Assembly: GCF_009914755.1 (NCBI RefSeq)
Contig: NC_060934.1
DNA: 64,000 nt
Reading direction: 5' to 3' (one strand)
Source: the human T2T-CHM13v2.0 reference genome, Homo sapiens
The position numbers were made by a program, and so were the translations under genes. This document shows, piece by piece, positions 52,679 to 64,000 of the stretch. Within the stretch, counting starts at the first letter, position 1; every line of letters begins with the position of its first letter. The notes under the pieces are model-generated. The model saw only the letters and a program-made list of their open reading frames with translations, was not told the DNA's origin and ran no database searches.

Positions 52679-52854
52679 TGTTGGGATGATAGAAAGGGAG
52701 ACAGAATGTTTTAAGAGATGGTTATGAAGTGAGTCAGAAGGTCTTTCTCAGGGATTGGATGTAAGGCATGAGAAAGAGAGGAGTCCATAATGACCCTAAA
52801 AGTTGGTTAACTTCCTAGGCTGTTATTAGAGGCCCGTAAAGCCTCCTTTTTGTG

Positions 52855-53200
52855 TGTAGTGGGCATTAGTCAATATTTTGGGTTGTTCATTACCTTAGAA
52901 CACCTCTCCTAAGCTTCTAATTTTCCACCTATGAATCCACACCACCCTACAGAAGCAGCCAGACACGTGGTTTCCCAGTTTCTCTTGCAACATGATACCT
53001 GACTTAGATTCTACCAGTCAGATGCCCCCATGTGAGACTGACCCACAAGTTTGTGACACAATGTAGCAGATGTCATACAGACTCCACTCTGGCAGGTGGT
53101 ATAAGAGAGGCCCCAGTACAGCAGTGACATTTCAGCTGTGGGCAATGCCCCAAGATGGAGGAGGGGAGGATGAGCTCCATGGTCATAAAGTTAGGAATCT
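52855..53200 (+). mobile_element. LTR33-like (ERVL) LTR fragment
   Basis: tttcccagtttctcttgcaac...gacttagattctaccagtcagatgc...gtgacacaatgtagcag resembles the remembered LTR33 consensus. Strand uncertain. Confidence 0.5.
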
Positions 53201-53269
53201 GCAAGCTGACTCCCACCAGTCCATCTCAAGTACATTCCATGTTAATTTTTTATAGCATGCTATTGTTTT

Positions 53270-53465
53270 CTTTCCTGAAATTTATTGCAATTTGTAAATG
53301 CATCTTTTTATATATTCGATTACTAAATATCTCCCCCAATAAACTCTAAGGCTCATGAATATAAGGGCCATGTCAATTATAATCAGCATTTTATCCCTAG
53401 TATCCAGCAGGTTGCCTGACACACAGTGAGTGGTCAACTGATATTTATCAAATGAATGAATGGAT
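53270..53465 (+). mobile_element. L2 3' end
   Basis: tgcctgacacacagtgagtggtcaactgatatttatcaaatgaatgaatg (TGAA-repeat terminus). Confidence 0.65.
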
Positions 53466-56400
53466 AACTAAAAAATAAAGAATCAGTGCAAGAAAGCAGA
53501 CATGGCTGACACCGATGGTTGGATTAGAGCAGGGCATCTGCTCCAGTACGGCCTGAATCAGGGAAGGAGGGACTGGGATTATGGTTGCCTAAAGACCCGG
53601 GAACTGCAGAGGAAAACACTGCACAGTGAATGGGGTACCAGAGGAGAGTGTTAGTCAAAGACACACCTGACTTGCCTACGTTTTGTGAAAGACCAGCCCT
53701 GCCTTTGACTTTGCTGACATTGAATTACACAAACCAATAGGGTTTGAAGCGGGAACTCAGGATGGAATTGTGGTTTGGAGATGTCCAACAGGGGCTGGTG
53801 CATCACCAACAAATCTCTAGGAGAGCTCAGAGCACTTGCTGTCAGAAGATGGTTTGTCTCTCAAATCATGGTGCAAATGAGTGGTAAAATTAAAATGTTA
53901 GTGAAACAACTTCCTGTAAGAGTGAGTGGTTTTGCAATCCTTAATGCTTATTCACATGGTAATACATTAAAGGTGAGATTTGTTCTCAACACTAAGACAC
54001 TAGGTAACTAATCAAAACCCTAGTTCATTTCCACAAACCTATAGGCAATGTATTGGGCTGCACATTGCAGTTGATACAGGACTTTCTATTCAAATGGAAC
54101 AGCTTATATAGCTCAAGACATTATGAGGTTGGAGTGTGAAAATAATGTCACAAACAGAAAAATACCATGAAAAATCGGGCAAGAGGCATTATGCCCCTAT
54201 ATCACATAAACTGCTGCTGCAAATTATAGCTTCCACTTCCTGCACAGGGACACATTAAAAAAAAATCATTTCCAGTGACAAATTGAACCAAGTTCATAGA
54301 CAAAGAAATATAAACTCTTAGTTACTATCAGTTTGGATAAAAAGCAAGGAATGGAAGAGGAGTCTCTCAATGAGCCCACAGCTCAAGTTACTGGGGAACA
54401 ATTTGGGGGATGTAACTGAGGCCCATAGATTAGAGGCAGTGTCACCAGAACAGAGCCACACACTGTGGGTTGTTCCTCCACCTGTTGGAGGATTGTGCAC
54501 ATATGTCTTCAGGGCAACATCTATGACCCACCATCTTGGTATCACAAGAACAGACCCCAGTAGCATAATCATATTCCTGTAAATTTACTTTTCTGTTTGC
54601 ATTGACTTTCCAAGTATAGCTTTCCAATGAAAGGAAAGCTCCAGCAGGTATAGCTCCAGCAGGCCTGGGGGAAAAACAGTATTGAAGAAAAAGTGAAAAT
54701 ATCTCAGTGAAAACTGAAGAAATGTCATTTTAGAGTTTTGGAAGGGGATTCCAGGTAAAGCCAGGGCAAGGAGGAGCAGGCTTGGGAAGGTCAGGAATGC
54801 TTCCTGGAAAAGGATCAGTTGGAAGACTGTCCTTATCTAAAGGTCTGCACTGGGTCCTTTGGACTTTGGTGCCCCAGTAGGTCCCCTTATTCAGCCCCTG
54901 CAGCCATATCACTTCACCAGCCTTTCCTCACCTTCAAGGTAAAAAATCCCAGGTAACCTGGAATTTGTCATGCCTTAAAGAGTCTTGCAATACTAATTAG
55001 ATGAAAATTCAGGGAGATGGAGACATTGGGAACCCTAGCTAAAAGCAATAGTGATGCAGGACTTGAGTGACTTGACAAGTCTGTAGGTAGGGGCCATGGT
55101 AAGTCATTTACCTTATATGCTTTTTTGGCCTACCACACAGTGTCTCGGTGCCTAGAGAATTGAGGAGCATATCATGCACTTGGTGCTCTAGCTCCAGGTC
55201 AAGAGAAGGCAACAGACTGACTCAAGAGAAAGTCCTCCACCTACATGAAGTCCTTGACTTGTTGGTTGCTTCCTCAAAGAACGTTCGCAATGACTCAGGT
55301 AGGTGTAACTTATGCAAACTCTACAGCTAATCCCCGAGAAATTTGTTTTCCTCTCAGCTACACCTCAGAGATCCTCCATATATTACTTATACAGAGGATT
55401 TCACTTCCCCTTTCCGTCCCCTTTCTTCTCCTACTCCCACTCTTAATTGGAGAGCAGAGCCTCAAAATAGACAGCACCGTCACCTCTAGCCATTGCTCTC
55501 TGTTATGGAACGAGCTCTTGACACACCCACATTTCTTATAGTAGTTCCACCTTTGAATCTAGGATCTTTGCTCTACCTACCTTTTCTGCATCCTGGGATT
55601 CTGGTATCCCTGATAATGAGTGAGTGGTTTCATGCCCCTCAGAATCTGGAAAATGACTCAACACCCCAGCTTTGGGTGTGGGAGGCAGTGGACCAGGACT
55701 GGGGATGTAGCTGAAATCCTATTATTGGTTCCACAGGCAGAAATCACCATCTCTCCATACTCTCAACATAGTCACATTGTTCGCATATTATAAAATGATA
55801 GAGTGCAACATGGTTAAATATATCACTGATTTGCCAATAATAGGTATTGGTGTATAAGTCTAACTGGTGGTACAGCCACCCGAGATATTGATTTTACTGT
55901 CTAATGGTTGAGAGAGATGTTATCTTGATTAATTAGGAGTCAAAAACAAATGCATCTTCTATTAGATCTCTTTTGGCACTCACCTGAAAAAAATTCTACA
56001 TGTGTCCAGAAAATGTTGGAAACCTAAAAGGACAGAGTGAGGAGGGAGCAAACCACCTCTTCCGCCGTCTGTCCTGAGTGAAGATAATGTCTGTGAGTAC
56101 CAGGCGAGCTTATCGACAGAAAAAAGGGCTCCCATATTTTTCTTCCTTTCAACTGCAGCCCTAAATTCAGAAATTAAGAGAAGAGAAAGCACCATCGAAT
56201 ATAGAATTTTAGCCAGATTTCAGTAAGGCAGCCTTTCTGTTCTTGTTTGGGTATAAAGAGTCACATCTCCTGACATCCCAACAACTGATATGCAATCAGG
56301 TACAGGATTTCCTCTACAAGAGGCAGTACAGAAGCATCTGGAAGATAATTTCCACAATCCCTGGGTATAGTGCTATTATTCTTAAAAATGAAAGGCATAT

Positions 56401-57831
56401 GCATATCATCTTCATGATTGCTAAATTTGGGTCAAAGCATACTTTTACGGAAAATTCAAAGGAGTCTAGGAAAGAGAAATATTACTTGCATTCTAGAATA
56501 AAATTATTTCTTGACTTTACCATACTAACCCGCACAGCATGATAAGCTATACTATAACAAAATGCTATAATGAGAGCTGATATTCTTTTGGATTAGGGAG
56601 ATAATTTCTGTAAAACAAGCTTCTTTGGGTTGTTGTTTTTCTATATATATTTTTTATGATCTAAGACTTTCTCCAGTTCTTCAGCTTGAATACTCCCTGT
56701 GTCAATGAAGCTGAAGGTGAATCTATCTGCTATTGTGGGCATCAAAAGAGGCTGAGTTGTGAGCATACCTGGAAAACATTCTGAACTACCTACACTAAAA
56801 ATTAACTGCTGTGTCATTTATGAACTATCTGACATTAGGAAAACTATATGGCCTTTCTAAGCCTTAGCATTCTATTCACTGTCATTGATTTATTCGACAA
56901 ATATTTATCAAAATGAGGAGAGTACAGTGATAAACAAAACGACTTGGTCCCTGTCCATGTTGGAGCTTACATTATAGTTGTGCTGTTCTAAATGGGATAT
57001 TGTATGTAAAAGGGCTTTGCAATAGATGATATGTTTAGTAACTCCAAGATACCACTGATATTTTTATTGCAATTGCTAGATGATTTCTGTCTTAGGGCTA
57101 TGGTAAAGCCATCATTGTAATGTTTATTCAGAAGTCTAAGCTACAGATTTGAAAGACTGTTTGCCAAGTTCACGTTTTAAAAATAGACATTTTCCCAGCT
57201 AGGAGAGAAGTTCTTACTTGCAGAGCTCAGATAAGAGGACAGTCACTTGGGTCAAGGTCACCTTGCTGAGGGCCCCAGGAGGCAGCCTTTTTCTGCAGCT
57301 TGACCGAGAATCTATATCTCTTGCCAAGAGTCAGGATGCTATTCTTTCCCTAAATGCTTTCCAATCTTCTTGCCATTTCTCAATTTCCACATTAGCCAGG
57401 TCAAATCAGACCAGATCTTGGCTTGAAGTTAATCCATCCATCCAGGTGACATATCCCCAGTTCCCATTTTGGGCCAGGCTGTGTGCCGTAAGTCAGAGGA
57501 GGCAGAGGGCTTCTCTGCCCTCCTGGGGCTCCCTGGTTTAGCTGAAAGTCCTCAGGGAAGTCCTAATTTCCTCCTGTTGTGCCAGTTGTGAGGGAGAAGC
57601 ACAGAAATGAGCCCCTGGCTGCCTGGAAGGAGGTGGGGTGGGGACTTGCATAGTAATCTTCCCTCACCCACCTATTTCAGTGCTCTGCACACTTAGAGAA
57701 AAGAATGGCCTAAGAAAGCTGCCCTCAGCACCACACAATTTATAGGTAGAGAGTGGTTTAAAGCAACCAATTTTTAAAGCTTCATGTTAAATTTATGTGG
57801 GTTTTCCCAAGGAGTTTACCAGTTTACCAGT

Positions 57832-57884
57832 ATAATATAATTAATATAATATAATATAATATAATATATATATATATATATATA

Positions 57885-57933
<49 letters not shown>
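57832..57933. repeat. Compound (ATAAT)n(TA)n(GT)n microsatellite
   Basis: Read directly from the sequence. Confidence 0.95.
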
Positions 57934-57934
<1 letters not shown>

Positions 57935-58519
57935 CATGTGCATGGTTTAGCTATTCAGTTATCCCCTTCCTCCTACTGGGGAAGGGACTTCATAAAGGGA
58001 GACTCCTTTTCTCTGACACACTGAAATGATTCACTGAAAATAAGAAGCACAAATTCCTCCTAAAAAGGCATCAGACACACTCCTGGGAGTTCTAATTGGC
58101 ACCCCCAGCATTTATTCAAGTCTTCAGGACATCTTAGCCCTTTCAGTAAATGGATGGTGCCTGCAGCAAACACAGTAACCAGGGCTTTCCCGCCAATTCC
58201 TGTGGGATAGTTGTGTGTGGCCATGGTTAATGACAAGCAGCTTTTAATTCTTCTGTGTTTATTTTATTGGACATACTCAATCCTATCAACATAATTCCTC
58301 CATAGCATCACTTAGTTGAAACTGATTATTTCATGGAAGATGAAACTGAGGTCCAGAGACTGAAATAATGCCCAATATGATGAAGGAATTCAAAGGCCAA
58401 TGATAGGCATTAATTCTGTGTCCATTGGAACCTCACTAGTTCTTCAAGACCCGATTCAAGCCCCTCCCTTCCAAGATACATTCTCTGAACCCTATTTTTT
58501 TCCCTTCATGGGGCTGCTC

Positions 58520-58835
58520 TTCCTCCTATCCTGTGCCTGGCTGGCTCCTTCCCATCATTCAGGTGTCATTCTCAATGACACTTTATCAGAGAAATTCTCT
58601 CTGATCACTCCATCTAAATTACGTCTCCCCCTAAATTTTCTCTGAGGGTACAAAAATGTTTTCTCCCATAATACTCTTTTTATTTTTTTTGCCTGTGTTT
58701 TGTTTATGTCTGACTCTCACAGTAGATTGAAAACACCCTGAAGGTAGGAACTAATGTCTACTTGATTCAACAAATTAAACCTGACACTTTGTCTGGTGCC
58801 TATTGCAGAGTGGGTGCTTCTGTTGAATGAATTAA
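58520..58835 (+). mobile_element. L2 3' fragment
   Basis: ctggctccttcccatcattcagg...tctggtgcctattgcagagtgggtgcttctgttgaatgaat. Confidence 0.6.
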
Positions 58836-59170
58836 TACAAGCATCTCCCACCCATCATGTTGTTTCTCCCCATAGACCCTGAGAGTAGCACATTTTCTGC
58901 ATCACATGATGCTTGGTGCATCACATATGGATTTATTGTTATATTTTAACATATTCATTTGTTACCTTTTCTGATAATAGTATTTACTAATGATTAATAG
59001 CTATATATTTGGTGTTTGCTATTTTTCAAGAACTGTGGTATCTTATACATATTAAAAGAATTTACCCTCAGAAAAACTATTTTAGAGATGAGGAAACAGA
59101 TTCAGAGAGATTAAAAACATATCATGCTGAGCTTGCTAACATTTTAATGGCAGAAAAGTTGTTTTACACT

Positions 59171-59288
59171 TAGGGTAATCAATCGTCCCAATGTGACCAG
59201 GACTGTACTGGTGTTTACAATGAAGATCGCATCCCGTGTCCCATGAAATCCTTCCATCTTGAGAAAACTGAGATAGTTACTTATCCTA
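59171..59288. mobile_element. MER81/MER94-like short hAT element
   Basis: Terminal inverted repeats tagggtaatcaa...ttacttatccta, about 118 bp long. Confidence 0.65.
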
Positions 59289-59659
59289 GCTATACTCCTT
59301 TGTAGAACAAGTTTCACTGTGTTATGCACTGGGGAAGAAATTTACATTTTTGGAGTATCAGCCATCTGCATGAAAATACACTTCGTTTCTCCATAACACT
59401 GTTTGGTGTTACGGAGAAAATATTAGATGGTGTCTAGGTATTTAGGATTATAAAGATAAAGCTCACATTTTACAGTTTTTCTTGTGTCGTTTTCCTTACA
59501 CTAACATGAAAATCAGCTCTTGTGGGTTATGCTCATGCCCATGTCATTTTGCACACAGTGGCTGTCTCCCTCTCCCACATGCTGGGGTAGAGATTCCTGT
59601 ACTGGAGTCTCTGGACAATGAGTAATCTGGAGGCACTGAATACTGCCCTAGGGTCCTGA

Positions 59660-60218
59660 TTCAGTCAGTGTTTGATCAGAGAAGCACAACCACTAGGAGA
59701 CTTTATAGACATAAAAATAAATATATACTGGCACTGAGGCCTGAAGTCCATAGCAGACAGCAAGGCAAGAAAGATGGATCCAAAGTAGGGGAAACAAGGA
59801 CAAGCCAGGATCTCCAAGGCTGGGCTGGAACTCAGGAGAGCCAGCTGCAACCCATGTTGGTTTCTCACCTCCTACAGCCTTCCAACTTTGAGGAGAAGCT
59901 AGTCCCATTTGTCCTGTTGGCTCCCGGGCCAGGCATTGGAAAAGCTGAAGCAGAAGATTCGGCAGGAGTTGGGGGAGCCCTGAGCCTGCCTGCTGTCCTG
60001 TGCCAAGAAGAAGAGCCAGAAGATAACCATAATTACCCAGAAGCTGCTTCCACTCACCTACTGAGAGTAAAGCAATTGGGCCACACCTCTATTTCTGCCT
60101 TCTAGATCTCACATAAATGTCTCTTGGGTCTTACATCAAGTTGAAAGTATTCAGAGAAGGGTATTGTGGGAAATGCAGTTCCATTTAAACTAAGTGGCTA
60201 CAATGCAAATCCACCACA
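59660..60218. mobile_element. Very old MaLR LTR (MLT1M/N-like)
   Basis: gatcagagaagcacaaccact at the start and gggaaatgcagttcc...aaatccaccaca at the end. Confidence 0.45.
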
Positions 60219-60802
60219 GTCCACCTCTTGTTTATTCAGCATCCGTAAGCATCCCTTACAATCATAAATAAAAATAGTGAAATTATGTGAAGAATTCTGA
60301 TGCACTAACACTGCCCTGGTGATCTCGCAATCTCAAAGACCAAGAGCGTTCTCAAAGCAAGCTGCATCCAATAACCTCACTGATCCAAAGCCACATTTTG
60401 CCCTTGTTCTCATCACTACACTTTGCAGCTGGATGGCAGATTTCTTCTTTATTCTGTGTTTTTATAATTTTTTCTAAATCGCTTCCTACCAAATATTGTG
60501 TGGGAGGCAGGATGAGGTTACTAAATTCATGTTACAGATTTGGATTTTGAGAGTTTGTGTCTTGCCCAAAGCTCAAGTAGGGAACTTGAATTCTGGCCTC
60601 CTGACTTTTATTCCAATTGGGTAACAGGCACAAGTGAGCCTTTCTTTTCTAAGGTGCCTTTATCATTTGAAAAAAAAAGATTTTGCTGACCTACATTGGA
60701 AAACACAAAACAGTGCAAAAAGGAAAAAAGAAATCTATGGTAGAGAATAAACTAAGTGCTATTTTTAAAGGAGAGTTGTTTCCTTTTGTTATGCTTTCCA
60801 TC

Positions 60803-61104
60803 TTTTTTTTTTTTTTTTTTTTTTTTGAGATGGAGTCTCACTGTGTTCCCCAGGCTGGAGTGCAGTGGCGCGATCTTCGCTCACTGCAACCTCCACCTCC
60901 GGGTTCAAGTGATTTTCCTGCCTCAGCCTGCCGAGTAGCTGGGACTACAGGCGCGTGCCACCACACCCGGCTAATTTTTTGTATTTTTAGTAAAGACAGG
61001 TTTCACCGTGTTAGCCAGGATGGTCTCGATCTCCTCACCTCATGATCTGCCTGCCTCGGCCTCCCAAAGTGCTGGTATTACAGGCATGAGCCACGCGCCT
61101 GGCC
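60803..61104 (-). mobile_element. Alu (AluSc8/AluY-like)
   Basis: Poly-T tail and caccgtgttagccaggatggtctcgatc. Flanks cttt[c/t]catc. Confidence 0.93.
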
Positions 61105-63028
61105 ACTTTTCATCATTCTTGTACACATCTGTTTATGTGCATGCCTTGTCTTCCAAACTAGCCTGCAAGCTCCTTCAACAAGAGAATCGCATCATTTCTT
61201 CTTGTGTGCCTCTTTCTAGTGTCCCACATACAGGGATGCCTGCTTTACAAAGCCATGCTTGATGGCATGTCATGCCCACAAAATGATCTACTAAAGTTTC
61301 ATGCAATGAAAGCCTTAAACACAGGAATCATTCGTATACTTCAATCACCAGGGGGCTCTTGGATAAAGCTGCATGGTGGACAGAGGAGCTCCCCACTTGG
61401 CCTCCCCAAAGTGGGCCCCTGCATCGAGCATCCCCCAAACGCCCCCAAGAGCAGCAGCTGTGCAAAGCACAGAAGGCATTTCCCCAGCCTTCTTATCATC
61501 ACCTGAGTCAGGTCCGTGGACAGTTAAGAAGAGCTTGGCTAATTCCATCAGCTTGGCTCTCTCTGCCCTGTTCTGACTGACAGGCCGGGCCCCTGCTCAT
61601 CCCTGAAAACTAGCATCGGGGAATGACATACAGTTTGATAACATAAGATGCTTAGGTTTTTTGGCTCAAGTGAGATGTTCAGAGCTAATAGCCCTGCGAG
61701 CTGAGTTTTAGCTGTGATCTGCACCTTGAGATATCCGTTATGTCTGGATCAGGAAAAAGGGAAAAGAATGAGAGCTTATTTCTAGAAAGGTTTCCGATGA
61801 GCAGCATTTGTCATTGAAGGGGAAGATGGGTATAATTAGCTTGTCAGTCTAGTTTGGGCTGAGCAGGCTGTCTCTGCTAAGAAAGATGGACTAACTGCCA
61901 GGGCCACTGACAGGCAGTCGATAGCGCAGCAATTAATGTCATAAATAATTCCAGAACCAATTACATCAAAATGGACTCAGAGCTTTAAAAAGGTACAGAA
62001 TTCTCTTATTCTTCCTGCTAACAGCAAGAAACAGCTTTCATTTTTCTCTGTAATTACTTTTCATTGTATATAGCAATACAGCTGAGCTTTTCTGTCCATA
62101 TTTAAGCCTTGTCTTTCTCCAAGCCTCTTCCCCCACCACCAGCCTCCCTCCTTCACCCCACAGGATAAGGCTGTTAAAGTTGTTCTTCCCTGCCAGAGCA
62201 GTGGGGTGAATGTATAATCTTTTAACTTGGCTGTTGCAGGAGAACTCCAGCTACACCTAAATGATTAAGAGCCAAGTTTTTGAAAATGTCATGGACAATG
62301 ACAGCACAGTGCCCCAAACAATGGCATTTGGAAATGAAGACATTTGTGAAATAAATGGATTTGTCTTATTATTTTAAAGGTTGCTGTGACTTTGCTTACA
62401 CTGAATTTATTGATTTTTCCCCCTTCTCCTTCTCCTTCCTCTTCTTGTTCTCCTCCTCCTTCTGTACAGTTGCAGGCATAGAAGCTGGGCCAACTATTCC
62501 CTCTACACTGCAACCACAATTCAGTACTGCCCATGTGTGCTAATGGGCATTTTTTTTTTTTCCAAAGGAGGATCAGTCTCTTAAACATAGCGTTTTACTA
62601 AAAAGCTATTCTCTTCAGCTGTCTCAACTCTTCAGCTAGTTCTCTGTGCATTACAGTACATATGTAGATAACACAAAGGCTATTATACCCATAATAGCAA
62701 TGACATACCAGATACCACTGGTGCTAATAGTCTCTCTCTCTTTTCTTTTCTTTTTTTTTGTTACTCTAACCCATCAGTTGCCTCTGTGGCTTGTTTAGAG
62801 AAAGGAGGGGATTGTGGGAAAGCAAATTACTGTAGTATTCATTCACAGCTTTGTTCCAGGCCTGACAAACATTTCCAACTTTTCAACCATGGTGTCATTT
62901 ACTCCAGAGGGACCAGGCAAAATGGCTCATGAAGCTCCCACCGTTTCAAAACCAGAAACAGCTGCCGGTGTTGCTTGCAGTTTGCTGAGTGTGCTCTGGC
63001 TCTGAGCTGCCGCTGACGGCTCTCCCTT

Positions 63029-63047
63029 TAGCAGTAGGTGTCACTGC
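63029..63047 (+). promoter_or_regulatory. CTCF-like motif in a CpG-retaining unique segment
   Basis: gcagtaggtgtcact resembles the CTCF core ccasyagrkggcrs with 2 mismatches. Confidence 0.3.
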
Positions 63048-63759
63048 GGTGAGTGGTAATTACAGCGGAAGATTTTAGAGGACACGGGATAATTAGGCCA
63101 GCCCCGTGCAGGCATAAACACTGACATTTACCATATTAAAAACCGGAGATGTCGGCATTTTCCTCCCCCCACCCCTACCCAGACCACAACGATAGCAACC
63201 TCACCAACAAAGGCAAGTTTTCAAGAGAACAAAGGGTCTTTGCATTTGAGGGAGTTTGACTGGGCTCCTGGTGCGGTGCTATTTGTTGGTCCCATTTGGG
63301 TTCCGCTCATCACTTGGGAAAGCGTCCAGCTGAGTCTCTACGGCTTATACTCCTTCCTCTTGGATCCTGCAGAATGCCATAGCCTAGGCATGATGGCAGA
63401 GGAGGTGGTGGGGCATGATAAATTATACCATCCAGAGAGCACCTCTTCCTTTCCACTGTGGGCTGGGCACAAGGTGGCATCTCTCAATACTGCCCTCTCC
63501 TGGACCTGGGTGATGCCATGGCAGTAACAGCAGGTATATTTCCTGGTTCTCCAGCAAATGACAGTCAGGAAGTAGGAAGGTAGATGAATACAAACACTAG
63601 TCCTACAAACCCAAACTACCCCTCTAAGGGCTGAAGTTATGGCAATATCCTCTCACCCTCTGTCCGAAATAGAAATGGAACAAGTGTTTGCAGAAAGTTC
63701 AATAATGCCTAGGCTGCAGCTGCAACCTACTCCAGGGAGCCCTTCTGAAAGTTACTGGG

Positions 63760-63960
63760 GTGCTCAAATGCAATGCTGTAGATCCAGAAGAACCCATGTT
63801 TGAATTCCAGACGGGCCATTTTCCTATTAAGGGATGCTGGGTAACTTCGATCCTCAGTTTTCCCTTTTATAAAATGAGAAAATGAAAGTGCTTACTTCAC
63901 AGAGTTGTTATGAAGATAAAATAAAAAAGCATTGAGCACACAGAAGAATTGCATAAAATG
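63760..63960 (+). mobile_element. MIR
   Basis: gtttgaattccag...cctcagttttcccttttataaaatgag...acttcacagagttgttatgaagataaaat. Confidence 0.7.
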
Positions 63961-64000
63961 GTACAATTCTTTCCCATTGCAAAAGTTCATTTGCCCCAAG

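Noticed and set aside
45830-53255. Two near-identical small ORFs (YRLHSGRWYKRGPSTAV...) suggesting a micro-protein family
   Set aside because: Fully explained by the 199-bp DNA duplication of LTR-derived sequence. The ORFs diverge immediately outside it.

Overview
This is primate, almost certainly human, non-coding DNA: a pre-Ta L1HS-type element sits alongside AluY/S/J, THE1 and L1PA repeats. I see no host protein-coding exon, RNA gene or CpG-island promoter. Roughly 1-53 kb is densely packed with nested retroelements, and 53.5-64 kb is mostly unique sequence with candidate regulatory motifs. The only long intact ORF is an L1 ORF2 (1275 aa) in a 5'-truncated pre-Ta L1HS that carries a 15-bp TSD and a 41-bp apparent 3' transduction. 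I found no novel gene system. The most notable signals are structural. (1) Two L1PA5-like elements about 10 kb apart share a 387-bp 100%-identical inverted tract, including a common ORF2 stop codon, and a 129-bp identical direct tract, within otherwise ~5% diverged sequence; this points to gene conversion and a candidate ~11-12 kb inversion substrate. (2) Several locally templated insertions occur: two fold-back copies, a 199-bp copy from 7.24 kb away, and L1 copies bracketing a 1.5-kb AT-rich expansion. All alignments were done by eye and subfamily names rely on remembered consensus diagnostics, so they need RepeatMasker/BLAT confirmation.
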